A stretch of 64,000 nt of DNA from the human T2T-CHM13v2.0 reference genome, Homo sapiens: assembly GCF_009914755.1 (NCBI RefSeq), contig NC_060937.1, one strand, 5' to 3'. Numbering within the stretch: the first letter of the stretch is position 1; every line of letters begins with the position of its first letter. Positions 40,706 to 51,955 of this stretch are shown here, in pieces. The notes under the pieces are model-generated. The model was not told where the DNA came from, ran no database searches, and saw only the letters and a program-made list of their open reading frames with translations. The position numbers and the translations under genes are program-made.

Positions 40706-41958
40706 TGTGCAGGGAAAAAAACAGACTGCTTTTCCTCTGCTCTCACCCCACAATCAACACAGAAGACTTCTATGGCCAAATGTGTGCATTTTTCCCCCCA
40801 TATACTAAGCAATCAATCTGTTCCACAGCAGATGCCAGCTGGGAGTCCTCCAGCCCAGGCAGTGCTGAGTCTACTGGAGATAGCGTCAGACCCCACGGAA
40901 TGAAGGCTCAGTCCCACAAGACTGCCTCCACTTCCGGTGTCAATCGCAAACCCCAGGTTGTTCACTTGTCTTCTGACTGACCAGCTATAAATCAGGGATC
41001 CCATGGAGCCGCTCATAGAACTCAGGAAATCTCTTATGTTTGCTAGTTTATTACAAAGGACGTTACAAAGACTGCAGATGAAGAGGTGCACAGGACAGGG
41101 CATGGGAGAGGGGTGTGCCACCCTCTAGGCACCTCCACGTGTTCAGCTGTTTAGGAAAATCTCTCAAACCCTGTTCTTCCTCTCCTCTCACACCTCAGCA
41201 GCCATCAATGCAGAAGACTTTTGTGACCTAATGTGGTGGGGTTGGTTTCTTCACATAGCAATCAGTGGACACCAGCTGGGTCCCTCTAATTCAGTTCTAA
41301 CGCTATCTACTTGGAGGTAACCTCAGATCCCACAGGTTGAGGCTTAGTCCCCAAGACAGCCCGCCTCAGACACCAGTGGCAAGTCCAGGCTCTGAAACTT
41401 CTGACTGACTGGCTGGCTATAAATTGGGGATACCAGGACCCTCTTTGGGTTTAATTTGTTGGAGTGGCACACAGAACTCAGGGGAACACCAACTTGTGTT
41501 TACCAGTTTATTGTAAAGGATATTACAAGGATACATCCATCAAGGATACAGATAATGAGATGCGGAGTGAGGTATTGGGGAGGGCACAGAGCTTCCACGC
41601 CCTCCGTGGGTATCACGCTCCAGGACCCTACCCAGGCTCAACCACCCGGAAGCTCTCTGAACCCTGTCCTCTTGAGTTTTTATGGCAGCTTCATTATGTA
41701 GGCATGATTGATTAAACCATTGGCCATTGATGATCAACATAACCTCCAGCTTCTTCCCCTCCCTGGAGATTAGGAGGTGGGACTGAAAGTCCTAGCCCTC
41801 TAATTGTGCCTTTGTCTTTCTGGTGGCCAACCATATCCTGAAGCTATCAGTAAACATCAGCAAACAAAAAGACAGCACTTCGAAGTTTCCAAGGATTTTA
41901 GGAGTTGTATGCCAGGAAAACTGGCGAAGACCAAATATATGTATTTCATAATATCATA
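40706..41958 (-). mobile_element. Two tandem MER21-type LTRs (partial 40706-41147; full 41148-41958)
   Basis: Reverse complement of the right end reads TATGATATTATGAAATACATATATTTGGTCTTCG (MER21 start). CAGAAGACTT, CCAGCTGGG, CTTCTGACTGAC, GCTATAAAT and AGAACTCAGG each occur twice in the same order. Confidence 0.75.
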
Positions 41959-41997
41959 GCTTCCTTCTCTGAATTTCTGTAAGACTTTAGCTTCACA

Positions 41998-43320
41998 TGT
42001 GAAAATAAGTAATTCAAAATCTAAGCTACTGAAACTTTGAAATATTTCAAGCCTTAAGGAAATGTGATTATGGGATCTGAGTCATGCAAACAGGCAGCTG
42101 TAATGTAGGCAGCTGTAATCTTTATTTCTCTGATTATAGATTAGCCTTCTTCCTTACCTACAGTGTTTTGTAAAATGCTGCAAATGACTAAAGAGTGACA
42201 AGAAAGACCCCTTCCCTCTTCACTACTGATCTTTGTTATAGATTAACATCCTTCTTACCTTTCTCACACAAAGACTTTGGCTATCACCTTGCCTAAAATA
42301 AAATGTTAAATATACACTTTTAAATTGGAAACAAAAACTAGCTGTAAAGAAAAGAAAACGTGTCACATGGAGAAAAAAGCAAACTGCACTAATTAAATTT
42401 TTGCAACTAATAAACCAGACTTGCATAGAAAATGTTATAATCCTACTAAACTTCTTTGTTTTCTGCCTAATGAGAAATAAAAAATAAAATCCTAAGCCCC
42501 CCATGTGACTAAACAGACTCCCTCTTAGCCAAGAGGACCCTGAAGAAACCTTAAAAAAAACAGCTCTCAGCCATGACAGTATAGGATGTCAGATGGGCCT
42601 CATGATAGACCCTCCTTTGCTAAATGCCATTAGACTTTCTTTTCCTAAGCTTTAAACAAAAACCAGCCCTCCTGAAAGACTTACTTGACTGCTGATTTCA
42701 ACCAATCACCTGACACTACCCCGGTTTGGTGGACAGCAACTGATCAACATTCCTTCCTGGTAAGAGACCACCAACCATGGAGTGGTTTGGATCAGTTTAA
42801 AGAGACTGCACAATGAGGGCCTTCAGGTCATCTGCTTTACCTTTTGATGTATAGGATCTAATTATAATACATTTAAATGATAAGTCTCCACCCCAAAGTA
42901 AACGTGGGATACATGTTACTTATGTGTTACTCTACTACACATGCCTATGCCTCCCCTTTGTAAAATATTCAGAGCTCCTCTTATAACCTGTAGAATATAT
43001 ATACCTAGCCAATCTGTTCAACATAAGTTCCTGTCTTATCCTTCCCTCCCTTGAAGTGCCTGCTTTCAGCTTCTGAAAGAGGCTATGCTTCCCAGCCTAC
43101 AGGCAGCAACCCTTTATGAGAAATAAAGCTCTCCTTTCCAAATTTATGAACCTCATGATTCTTCAGATGACACTATATATAAAAGCAAAACAACTTTTAA
43201 GTTCAAAGTGCTGACCCTACTTCTCTAGTGTCTTTGTCTTCCAGATGGTCATTCCCAGCTTTTCACCAGAATAAGCTTTTTAAACTGGATTCTGATCATT
43301 TCTATTATTTCAGGCTGACA
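41998..43320 (+). mobile_element. ERV1 (MER4-group) solo LTR split by a second LTR
   Basis: TGTGAAAATAAG...CAGGCTGACA termini with 4-bp TSD CACA (41994-41997, 43321-43324). Confidence 0.75.
42471..43172 (+). mobile_element. Nested ERV1 solo LTR (MER72-like)
   Basis: TGAGAAATAAAAAATAAAATCCTAAGCCCCCC...AATAAAGCTCTCC...CAGATGACA; approximate TSD CTAA/CTAT. Subfamily name uncertain. Confidence 0.7.
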
Positions 43321-43907
43321 CACATAATTCATCACCTCCTTCATCTTACTACAGTCATTCATTCATTTACCATGTCTTCCTGTGAGCTCCCTGAGAGCAG
43401 GTTCTGTGGTAGGTAAATTTGTGTTCCCTCTGGCACTCAACTCAGGAACTTGACATTGAAAGGTGCTTAAACATATTATTGAAGAAATGCATTCATCTAT
43501 TCAAGTCCTGTTTCCTAAGAACATTTCAGTAAAGTCTATTCTGTAAAAATGTTCATCTATGGACATGTATAGATATTTGTTTGATTATAGCTAGGAGCCA
43601 GTATTAGCATTGAAGATTTGTTCTTATAGTGCATGTTCTCATAAAACCAAGTCTGGACACGATCAGTTTCTGTCCTTGGCACAATTGGAGAAAGATCTTT
43701 GCTGCCACAATTTCCTAAATGCCTGTCTTGTTGTCCAAGCATGAAAGGGTTTCCTTTGCCACATCCTCACTTTGCACTTCTCAGAGTCAGGTTCTCTGTG
43801 TCCCTGGTGCTTAAATCATTTTAGGCTAAAGGAAAATGATAATGAAGACACATATTCTCCCTCTCATTCACTGCCTCTCTCTTCTGGTGGTTTCTATCTT
43901 AATGGAT

Positions 43908-44326
43908 TGATATAGTTTGGCTCTGTGTCCCCACTCAAATCTCATGTTGAATTATAATTCCCAATGCTGGGGGAAGGACATAGTGGGGGGTGATTGGATC
44001 ATGGGGGTGAAATTCCCCCCTGCTGTTCTCATGATAGTGAGTGAGTTCACACCAGATCTGATGGTTAAAAGTGTGTGGCACATCCCCATTTGCTGTCTAT
44101 CTCTCTCTCCTGCCACCATGTAAAGAGGTGCATTAGATTAAATGAAATGAAATAATATTTACTAACTACGTCCTCTTCACCTTTTGCCATGATTGTAAGA
44201 TTCCTGCGGCCTCCCAGTCATGCTTCCTGTTAAGCCTGTGGAACTGTAGGTCAATTAAACCTCTTTTCTTCATGAATTATCCAGTCTCAGTAGTTCTCTA
44301 TAGCTGTGTGAGAACAGACTAATACA
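43908..44326 (+). mobile_element. MSTA MaLR solo LTR with a ~40-bp foreign insert
   Basis: TGATATAGTTTGGCTCTGTGTCCCCAC...CAGACTAATACA; perfect TSD TGGAT (43903-43907, 44327-44331). Confidence 0.9.
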
Positions 44327-46252
44327 TGGATCTTAATCCTAGAGATGGACTCTTAAGCATTGTCTTTTTTGGGACAGCACTGGAATAAAAATTTTCAGAT
44401 TTACATGAGCCAAGAGAAGAGAGCAACGCTCTGAATTATCCTTGGGGAAACGGGGGAAGACAAAGTCTGCGGCACCCTGCAACTCACCCCGTAAGCTGTC
44501 GGCCTGCTGTAAAGACATGTAGGGTGTTAATTCCTTATATGACAAAACAAATTTTGATAAATTTGATTAGAATTTTATATCTTGTGCTGTTTTCTAGGAT
44601 GCACATGGGGAAGACGGACATTTTTGTAATTTTAGTAAAGTTCTGTAGGATGATGCACTGTGTAGCTAAAGGTGGTTGTTGTTGTGATCTCATGTTATGG
44701 TTCTAGATTTCCAGGTAGTAATTTAAGTGTAGAGTAACATAATGGTGCCAGCCATTCATTTTATGTTAAGTGTGCTTTTCCCACTCTCATACCACAAAGG
44801 CAATGTTAAATAATTACAGAGAATTGATTATGAGGCCAAGAAAATGAAAGGCTACTTTTGAATGATGCTTTAATACAACTTAAAAGTTAAATGTGAAGGA
44901 AACAGATAGACTTCTAGATTCATTCAGAGCCCAAGGCCCTGTTACTTCTAAAATCACAGAGTTAATAATCTCAACTTGGGGAGACTGATTTGCTGTTAAA
45001 GATCATGCAAAGAGTGAGGCTAGTGAATATTAGTGATTCTAGAAAAGTGATTCTCAAATATTTTATTACGTTGCGGCTAACAAAATTGTTAAGGAGAGAC
45101 CTGAGTAGAGAGACTCCTGAGTGTAACACTTAGTACCCTGAAAGTGTAAGATTTGGACTCCATTTTATGAACATTTTAATCCACGTGATCATTGTTTTGA
45201 TTGAAATGTCTATATAATTGAGCCTGGTCTTAACATTTCCTTAAATATTCACCATTAGAAGTAATCTTCTGTGAAAAAAAAAAAAAGGATCTCTTAGTTG
45301 GCTGATCTTGGCTTGCTCATTTTAATACTAGGAAAATGATGTTAATTTTTTTAAGAAAGACTTAATGGTGCCATGATTAAGGGTGATGGTTACTGGTGCT
45401 TAAAAAAAACTTCCCTCCCCAATTTTATGATATTTGTGCATTTTAGAAATTTTTGGATATCTTTTAAGGAAAGCACTGAGCATGTCACAGATAACCTCTG
45501 TTGATATTTTTACGTAAACCTTTCTTTTTACTGTGCTTACGACATTTTTAATAAAATAAGATCACATTGTGCAAAGTAAATATGGAGTCCTTTGTAATCT
45601 GTATTATTTTAAAACTGAAGTATTAAAGATTATTCCATTCCACTTAATATTATTTTTCTGCATCAGGCATTTGAACATGTGGTCTGTGACCCCACATAAG
45701 GAGGTGATGGCAGTGATGCCACCGCCCATCAGGAAGGCAGCTGCAGCCTCACACCCAACAGCATTGAACCTTAAGGTCATGGCTGGGAATGTAGACCCGT
45801 CCAATGTTCTCAATTTGTTTTCCAGTGAGGGCTCTAGGACGAAATCCTCTTTCATGAGTCATGTGAAAGATGAAACGTGTGGCACTGAGTTTTGCATTCA
45901 AAATAAAAAGAATAGACTATTCTAACATCTGTTACGTTGCTGTTTTGCTTATTCTTGTGGAACTTAAGAACAAAGTGAAAACACCTATTGGTTAGTTGCT
46001 TTCAAATAAAATGTATTCATCGCTAATTTGTCCTTGTGAAAGGGTGCCCATTCCTAATGCAGGTGCACTGGCCGTGTGCACTCCATGGTCCCAGCAGCTC
46101 TCGCTCCCTGGACTCCCGCCGTAGTGAGCGTTTACTAAGGACCTGTTGATCTGGAAAGACAAACCCAACCCAAAGGAGATTAAGGTACAGGGAATAAGTT
46201 TGTGGATCGTTCTTTTCTGAAACAATATTTTACTCCTTTTGCTTCTTTTTAG

Positions 46253-46411
46253 GGTATCGTGCAGCAGTTTTTGGTGTTACTGACGACCAGCTCTGACGAG
46301 AGTCTTCGGTTTCTTAGCTTCAGGCTGGACTTCAACGAGCATTACAAAGCCAGGGAGCCCAGGCTCCGCGTGTCTCTGGGTACCAGGGGGCGGCGCAGCT
46401 CCCACACGTGA
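46253..46411 (+). pseudogene. TUBGCP3: Orphan copy of the last coding exon of TUBGCP3 (gamma-tubulin complex component 3), reading frame intact
   Basis: Polypyrimidine tract plus AG at 46251-46252, then [52 protein letters not shown] (52 aa, TGA 46409-46411). This matches the GCP3 C-terminus as recalled, including the GRIP2-end RLDFN motif. No upstream TUBGCP3 exon was recognised in the window. Confidence 0.85.
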
Positions 46412-47345
46412 AGCTCGCGGTCCTCCCAGGGAGCTGCGGGTGATGTTCGTTGCACTGCTAGACACGAAATTCCCATTGACGTCCTGCAGGAACTGCATGC
46501 TGCAGGTGTCCTGCCCTTCCGCCCACGAGTGCGCCATGTTTCAGCGGAGCGGCGTGTGGGAGAAGCCACGTCGTGTTGCACACGTCGGAGTTGAATGCAT
46601 TTGTAAATCACTAAGTCAAGTAGGCTGGCTGCACTGTTCACATTTGTCTCTAAAAGTCTTCATCCCCAAAAGATACCATAATTTGCTGAGGCTTCTGAAT
46701 CTTAAGTGCTCTAAGTTATAACTTATATTTGTCACTTTAAAAGAACTGTTTGTTTAGCAAAATCTACAGCAAGGGTATATTTATAAAGTGATAATGTCAT
46801 TGCTGTTATTTAGCATCCTCTTCAGAAACTTTTTTTTGCAATATTATTAGATTAAACTGAAATACATAGAAAATATAGAGAGCATTTTATTATCTTGGTA
46901 TTCAAGGTTGTAAAGTGTGAAAATTTTTGTATCTTACATATATCTATTCTTTTCTCTCTCCTTTCAAGGTTTACACTTACAGATTTAATTTACTATTCTA
47001 GATAACTTCTAAAATAGTACAGAACACGAGTAGGAGTGTTGTGGAACAAAAACATCCTTAAACTTAAATTTCTTGACGCCACCAGCTGAAGCAGTGTGGC
47101 AACAGGAATGACTAGAAAGTTAACAAAGTATTTTATTTTTACAATTTTGATGAGCATTATAAAGAAATCGATTTGGATAATGAAGGTTTCTTTTTTCTTT
47201 GACTAATTTTTCCTTGTAAATATTTATATACTATTGACCAGATGCTGGGGAGAACGGTGTCTGTAAAAAGTCACGTCATATCAGCTTGCCTTTATTATGC
47301 TGTATAAGTGAAAACTTAGAAAACTGAAAGCAATTATCTTTCAAA
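46412..47345 (+). other. TUBGCP3-like 3'UTR homolog
   Basis: Follows the stop codon; CpG-rich proximal part, AU-rich distal part with TGTAAATA (47216-47223). Homology to the TUBGCP3 mRNA 3'UTR is from memory. Confidence 0.55.
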
Positions 47346-47939
47346 GCATTGGCTGTTTTTTGAATAGTCTATTAAGTGACAGTTCATTTGCCAGGGGGGC
47401 GGGGATTGACAGGATTTGATTTAATGTAGTACAGCATATGAATTATTTAATCATAATTAGAAACCAAGAAATTAGATTTTGTGTGACTTTCGGTGTAGAA
47501 GCAAACGCAATGTCACCACTCAGGTCTCAGGAGCGGTGCTTTAGTTATCTGAATCTGCCTCTGACTCCTTTAGGTGTGGATTCCCTTTAAAACTAAAGGG
47601 GCCATCAAGAATCCTGGCCATGCAGAAATGATTCCATGGCAAAGGCCAGAAATTCTTAGGATAAAAACTTAATTTAATTTTAGTTTTCAAGTTCATAAAA
47701 TCAGAAATTTGAAACAGATTTCTCCACTGCAAGTTGTCCTAGAAATTATGGCGTATTGTGTATCTCCGAGAGAGGTTTACCAAGGTTATTAACCATGCAG
47801 CCAGCTTTTATTTTATTTTATTCAGAGAGTTGTTCCAGGGATTAATCCTCGGTAGAAACCACCCTAGCAAAGGCCCACCTCGATTTTAGGGATTACGACT
47901 CCATTGGAGTGTAGGAGTCACCAGGACTTAGGTCAGATC

Positions 47940-48890
47940 TGTGGGCTATGGAGGGCTTCCGGGAGGTGCGGCCCTGGGGGGTGCCTGCGGGTCTGGAGGG
48001 TGGGAGCTGGGATGGGGTGAGGCCTCTGAGGAGCTGCGTGAGACCCACTCTCCGTCATTGTGGGTGCACAATCAGGCCCCTTAGGGAGCCAGGGCCCCAA
48101 AACCCAGCATCAGCCAAGCATGGATGACTTGGGGGTTCCACACTGGGGTTGTGCGTAAAGGAGAGCTCCTCTCAGGGGTGGGTGCGCCCGGCCCGGGGGT
48201 GCCACGTCTTCACCCAGAAAACGAGGCCGAGTCTGCAGGGGCCCTGCTGCATGGATGGAGGTGTGGGTGGTTGGTAGGACCCCAGGCCGGTCTCCAGTAG
48301 ACCCAGGGGCAGGAGTGCAGGTGCCCTTCCTTCTGGCTTCCACAGTGGGAGGCAGCAGAGCCCGCCGGCTGGAGATGGGGGCCCCCCGCAGTCCAGCCCC
48401 CTGCACCTGCAGCACAGGCTCTCGGCGAGGAGGACCAGGCCTGGCTGGAGGCTTCCAGGGCTGCGGGGCCACCCCCAACCCGTCTCTTTTCCTGTGCAGG
48501 CCATGCCTGTTTTTAAGGCACCTCCTCCTTCTCCATCGTGGCTTCTGGCCCTACCCTCAACGGCACAGGCCACACACCCGGGCCTGCGAGCCTCCTCCCG
48601 CAGCCGCTTGCTCCGGTCCTGGGGTCTTCTGGCTCTGAGGCCAACCCCGCTCCCCCATCCCTGCTCTGCTCTGAGGTGCCAGCCAGAGCCGCTCAGGGTC
48701 CTCCGTCCGGTTTCCCGTGGGCCTAACAGCAGGGCCCTGGGGCCACTACCCGCACCTCCCTGCCTCCATCTCAGAAACTGAAGCCTGGGAGCCCCCTGGG
48801 CCACCTGAGTCTGGGAGACGCAAGCCAATCCCGGGGACAGGCCCCGGCCCCTTCCTAGTGAGGGGCACGCTCTGGTCAATCGTGGGGCAG
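47940..48890. other. GC-rich unique block in AT-rich surroundings
   Basis: About two-thirds G+C; ~38 CpG in ~950 bp by manual count (O/E ~0.4, below the CpG-island threshold). Confidence 0.6.
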
Positions 48891-49227
48891 AGAAATTTGC
48901 TTTTTAACATAAAACGTATCCTTTGTCCCTAGAATGGCAGGCTACCTCCCTGCCTTATTCTGTGAAGATGTAGTTCTTTTATTAGCAGAGCTTACTTTGA
49001 AGGTAGAATAACAATAAATATATAAGCAGTTGGAGAGTAAAATCACTACAGTATTCAAGTCTAAATATATTACAAATGCCAAGTTTTATTGGAAAATTAT
49101 ATATAAAATTCTTATATACATTTTAGTAAGCCTCCATCTTAGTATCTAAAACTTCATCCACTTTAATTACCAGAAGGCCATGTATTTGACTTTTAGAATC
49201 AGTTACATTTTCTTTTAAAATAAGTTC

Positions 49228-49601
49228 TGCTGTGGTTTGAATGTATTCCCCAAAGTTCACGTGTTGGAAAATTAATCCCCAATGCAACAGTGTTGAGAGG
49301 TGGGGCCTAATAAGAGGTGATTATATCTGAGGGCTCTAATGTCTTTTGGAGTGAGTGAGTTAGTTATTGAGAGGCTGAATTTGTTATAGAAGTGAGTTTG
49401 GCTCCTCTTATGCTCTCTCAAGCACTCTCTTGCCCTTGCAACTTCCACTATGGGATGACACAGCAAGAAGGTTCTCACAAGATGCCAGCACCTTAATCTT
49501 GGACATCCCAGCCTCCAGAACTTTAAGAAATAATTTTCTTTTCTTTATAAATTATCTAGTCTGTGGCATTCTCTTATAACAACACAAAATGGACCAACAC
49601 A
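49228..49601 (+). mobile_element. MSTD-like MaLR solo LTR
   Basis: TGCTGTGGTTTGAATGTATTCCCCAAAG...GGACCAACACA; TSD AGTTC/GGTTC. Confidence 0.85.
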
Positions 49602-49944
49602 GGTTCCCTTTCTTCTCTGTTGTAAAAAGGAAACTTACTATATTAGTAAGAATGTCTTATGACAAAAACATTATTTTTTTCATTTTTTAGATTTTAAAAT
49701 GTATTGTAAATTATAAATAAAAATTGTATATATTTATAGTGTACAACACGATGTATTGAAATATGTGTATATTATGAAATGGCCAATAACATTCTTGATA
49801 ATTCTATATTAATCTTTCCTTCTTGCTATAAATAGAGGTGTAATCTAACTGTGTTAACAATAGCTTATTAAAATCTAGGGAATGTGCTTAAAAGTGAAAG
49901 TAGGAGCTGTGATTTAATCTTTTTTGGGAGTTTCTTTTAGTTAG

Positions 49945-50168
49945 ATTTTTAAATTTTGAGACCATTGTAGAGTCACATGAAGTTATAAGGAAAAATACAG
50001 AGAGATTCCGTGTATTCTTTAACCAGATTTATCCATGACAACATTTTGCCAAACTATAGTACAATATCACAGGACATGGACATCAATAGAGTCAAGACGA
50101 AGGACATTTCCATTACTACCAGGATCTCTCATGGTGGCTTTTGCAGACATACTCACTTCCCTTCCACC
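49945..50168 (-). mobile_element. L1MB/L1MC 3'-end fragment
   Basis: TTGAGACCATTGTAGAGTCACATGAAGTTATAAG...AACTATAGTACAATATCACA, antisense L1M 3' end. Confidence 0.7.
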
Positions 50169-50868
50169 TGTGCGGAGGGGCGGCCATCACCACTGCTGTG
50201 GCTGCCTGCTGTCTAAGATGTCTGAGCTCCTTGGGGGAAGGGCAGCAGCCAACACTGCAGCTGCAGGGCCTCCCTGCAGGAACTCCAACTCTAGCCAAGG
50301 GCTCAGGGACAGAACTCTGATCTCCCTGGGTCTGATTCCCTAGGGGGAGGGGTGGTTGTAGTCGCTGCGAACCAGCAGACTTAGTCTTTCCTTCTGCTAG
50401 CTCTGAGGAATCTGGGCAGCCCAGAAGTGTGGGTTTCCCCCAGCACAGCACACCCCCTCCACCAAGGGACAGCCAAAGTGCCTCATTAAACGAGTACTGT
50501 TTCCTGTGCTACCCAACTTGGTGAGACCCTCTGCCCCCAACAGGGGTTGTCAGACATGCTATATACAAGAGCATTCCTACTGGCATCAGGTCGGTGCCGC
50601 TCGATGTCAGAGATCCCAGAAGAAGGAGCAGGCACCCATCTTTGCTGTTTTCCAGCCTCTTCGAGTGATATCTCAGGTGCAGGAGTAAACCAGATGAATA
50701 GGGCCTGAAGTGAACCCTCAGCAAACTGCAACATCCCTACAGAAACGGGTCCTGACCATTGAAAGAAAAACAAACAAACACAAAACAACAATAGCATCAA
50801 CAAAAAAAGTCCCCACAAAAACCTCATCCAAGGGTCAGCAGCCTTAAAGATTGAAACTAGACAAACTC

Positions 50869-51905
50869 ATGAAGATGAGAAAGAATCAATGAAAAAAATG
50901 CTGAAAACCCAAAAAGCCAGAGTGCCTTGTCTCCTCTAAATGATTGCAACACCTCTGCAGCAAGGGTGCAGAACTGGACGGAGGATGAGATGGCCAAGTT
51001 GACAGAAGTAAGCTTCGGAAGGTGAGTAATAACAAACTTCGCTGAGTAAAGAAGCATGTTCCAACCCAATGCGAAGAAGCTAAGAACCTTGATAAAATGT
51101 TGAAGGAGCCGTTAACTAGAATAACCAGTTTAGAGAGGAACATAAATGACCTGATGGAGATGAAAAACACAGCTTGAGAACTTCATGGAGCACACACAAG
51201 TATCAGTAGCCAAACCAATCAAGAAGAAGAAAGAATATCAGAGATGGAAGACTATATTACTGAAATAAGGCAGGCAGACAAGATTAGAGAAAAAAGAATA
51301 AAAAGGAACAAACAAAACCTCTGAGAAATATGGGACTATGTAAAAAGACCGAACCTATGACTGACTGGAGTACCTGAAAGAGATGAGGAGAATGGAACCA
51401 AGTTGGAAAACACACTTCAGGATACTATCCAGGAGAACTTCCCCAACCTAGCAAGACAGGCCAACATTCAAATTCAGGAAATACAGAAAACCTCACTAAG
51501 ATAACCCCACTAAGATACTCCATGACACACAATCATCAGATTCTCCAAGCTCGAAATGAAGGAAAAAATGTTAAGGGCAGCCATAGAGAAAGGCCAGGTC
51601 ACCTACAAAGGGAAGCCCATTGGACTAACAGTGGATCTTTCAGCAGAAACCCTACAAGCAGAAGAGAGTGGGGGTCAATATTCAGAATTCTTAAAGAAAA
51701 GAATTTTCAACCCAGAATTTCATATCTGGCCAAACTAAGCTTCATAAACAAAGGAGAAAGAAAATCCTTTTCAGACAGGCAAATGCTGAGGAAATTTGCC
51801 ACCACCAGGGCTGCTTTGCAAGAGCTCCTGAAGGAAGCACTAAATATGGAAGGGAAAAACTGGCACCAGCCACTCCAGAACACACAAAAATATAAAGACC
51901 AATGA
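50869..51905 (+). pseudogene. L1 ORF1p remnant
   Basis: Fragments MKEKMLRAAIEKGQVTYKGKPI and KEKNFQPRISYLAKLSF; many stops and frameshifts. Confidence 0.88.
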
Positions 51906-51955
51906 TACTATGAAGAAACGGCATCAACTAGTGTGCAAAATAACCAGCTAGCATC

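Noticed and set aside
46380-46396. CTCF-like motif ACCAGGGGGCGG
   Set aside because: Only a partial core match, explained by the coding sequence (T-R-G-R); not supportable without ChIP data.
46277-46721. ORF-track ORFs overlapping the TUBGCP3 exon
   Set aside because: These are antisense or UTR frames of the GC-rich exon; the meaningful frame is the ATG-less 46253-46411.
46253-47345. Processed (retrotransposed) TUBGCP3 pseudogene
   Set aside because: Homology starts at an intact intronic acceptor rather than a joined upstream exon, and there is no poly(A) tail or TSD.
48110-48932. 235-aa ORF and a CpG-island call
   Set aside because: No recognisable protein, overlapping ORFs on both strands, and CpG O/E only ~0.4 by manual count.
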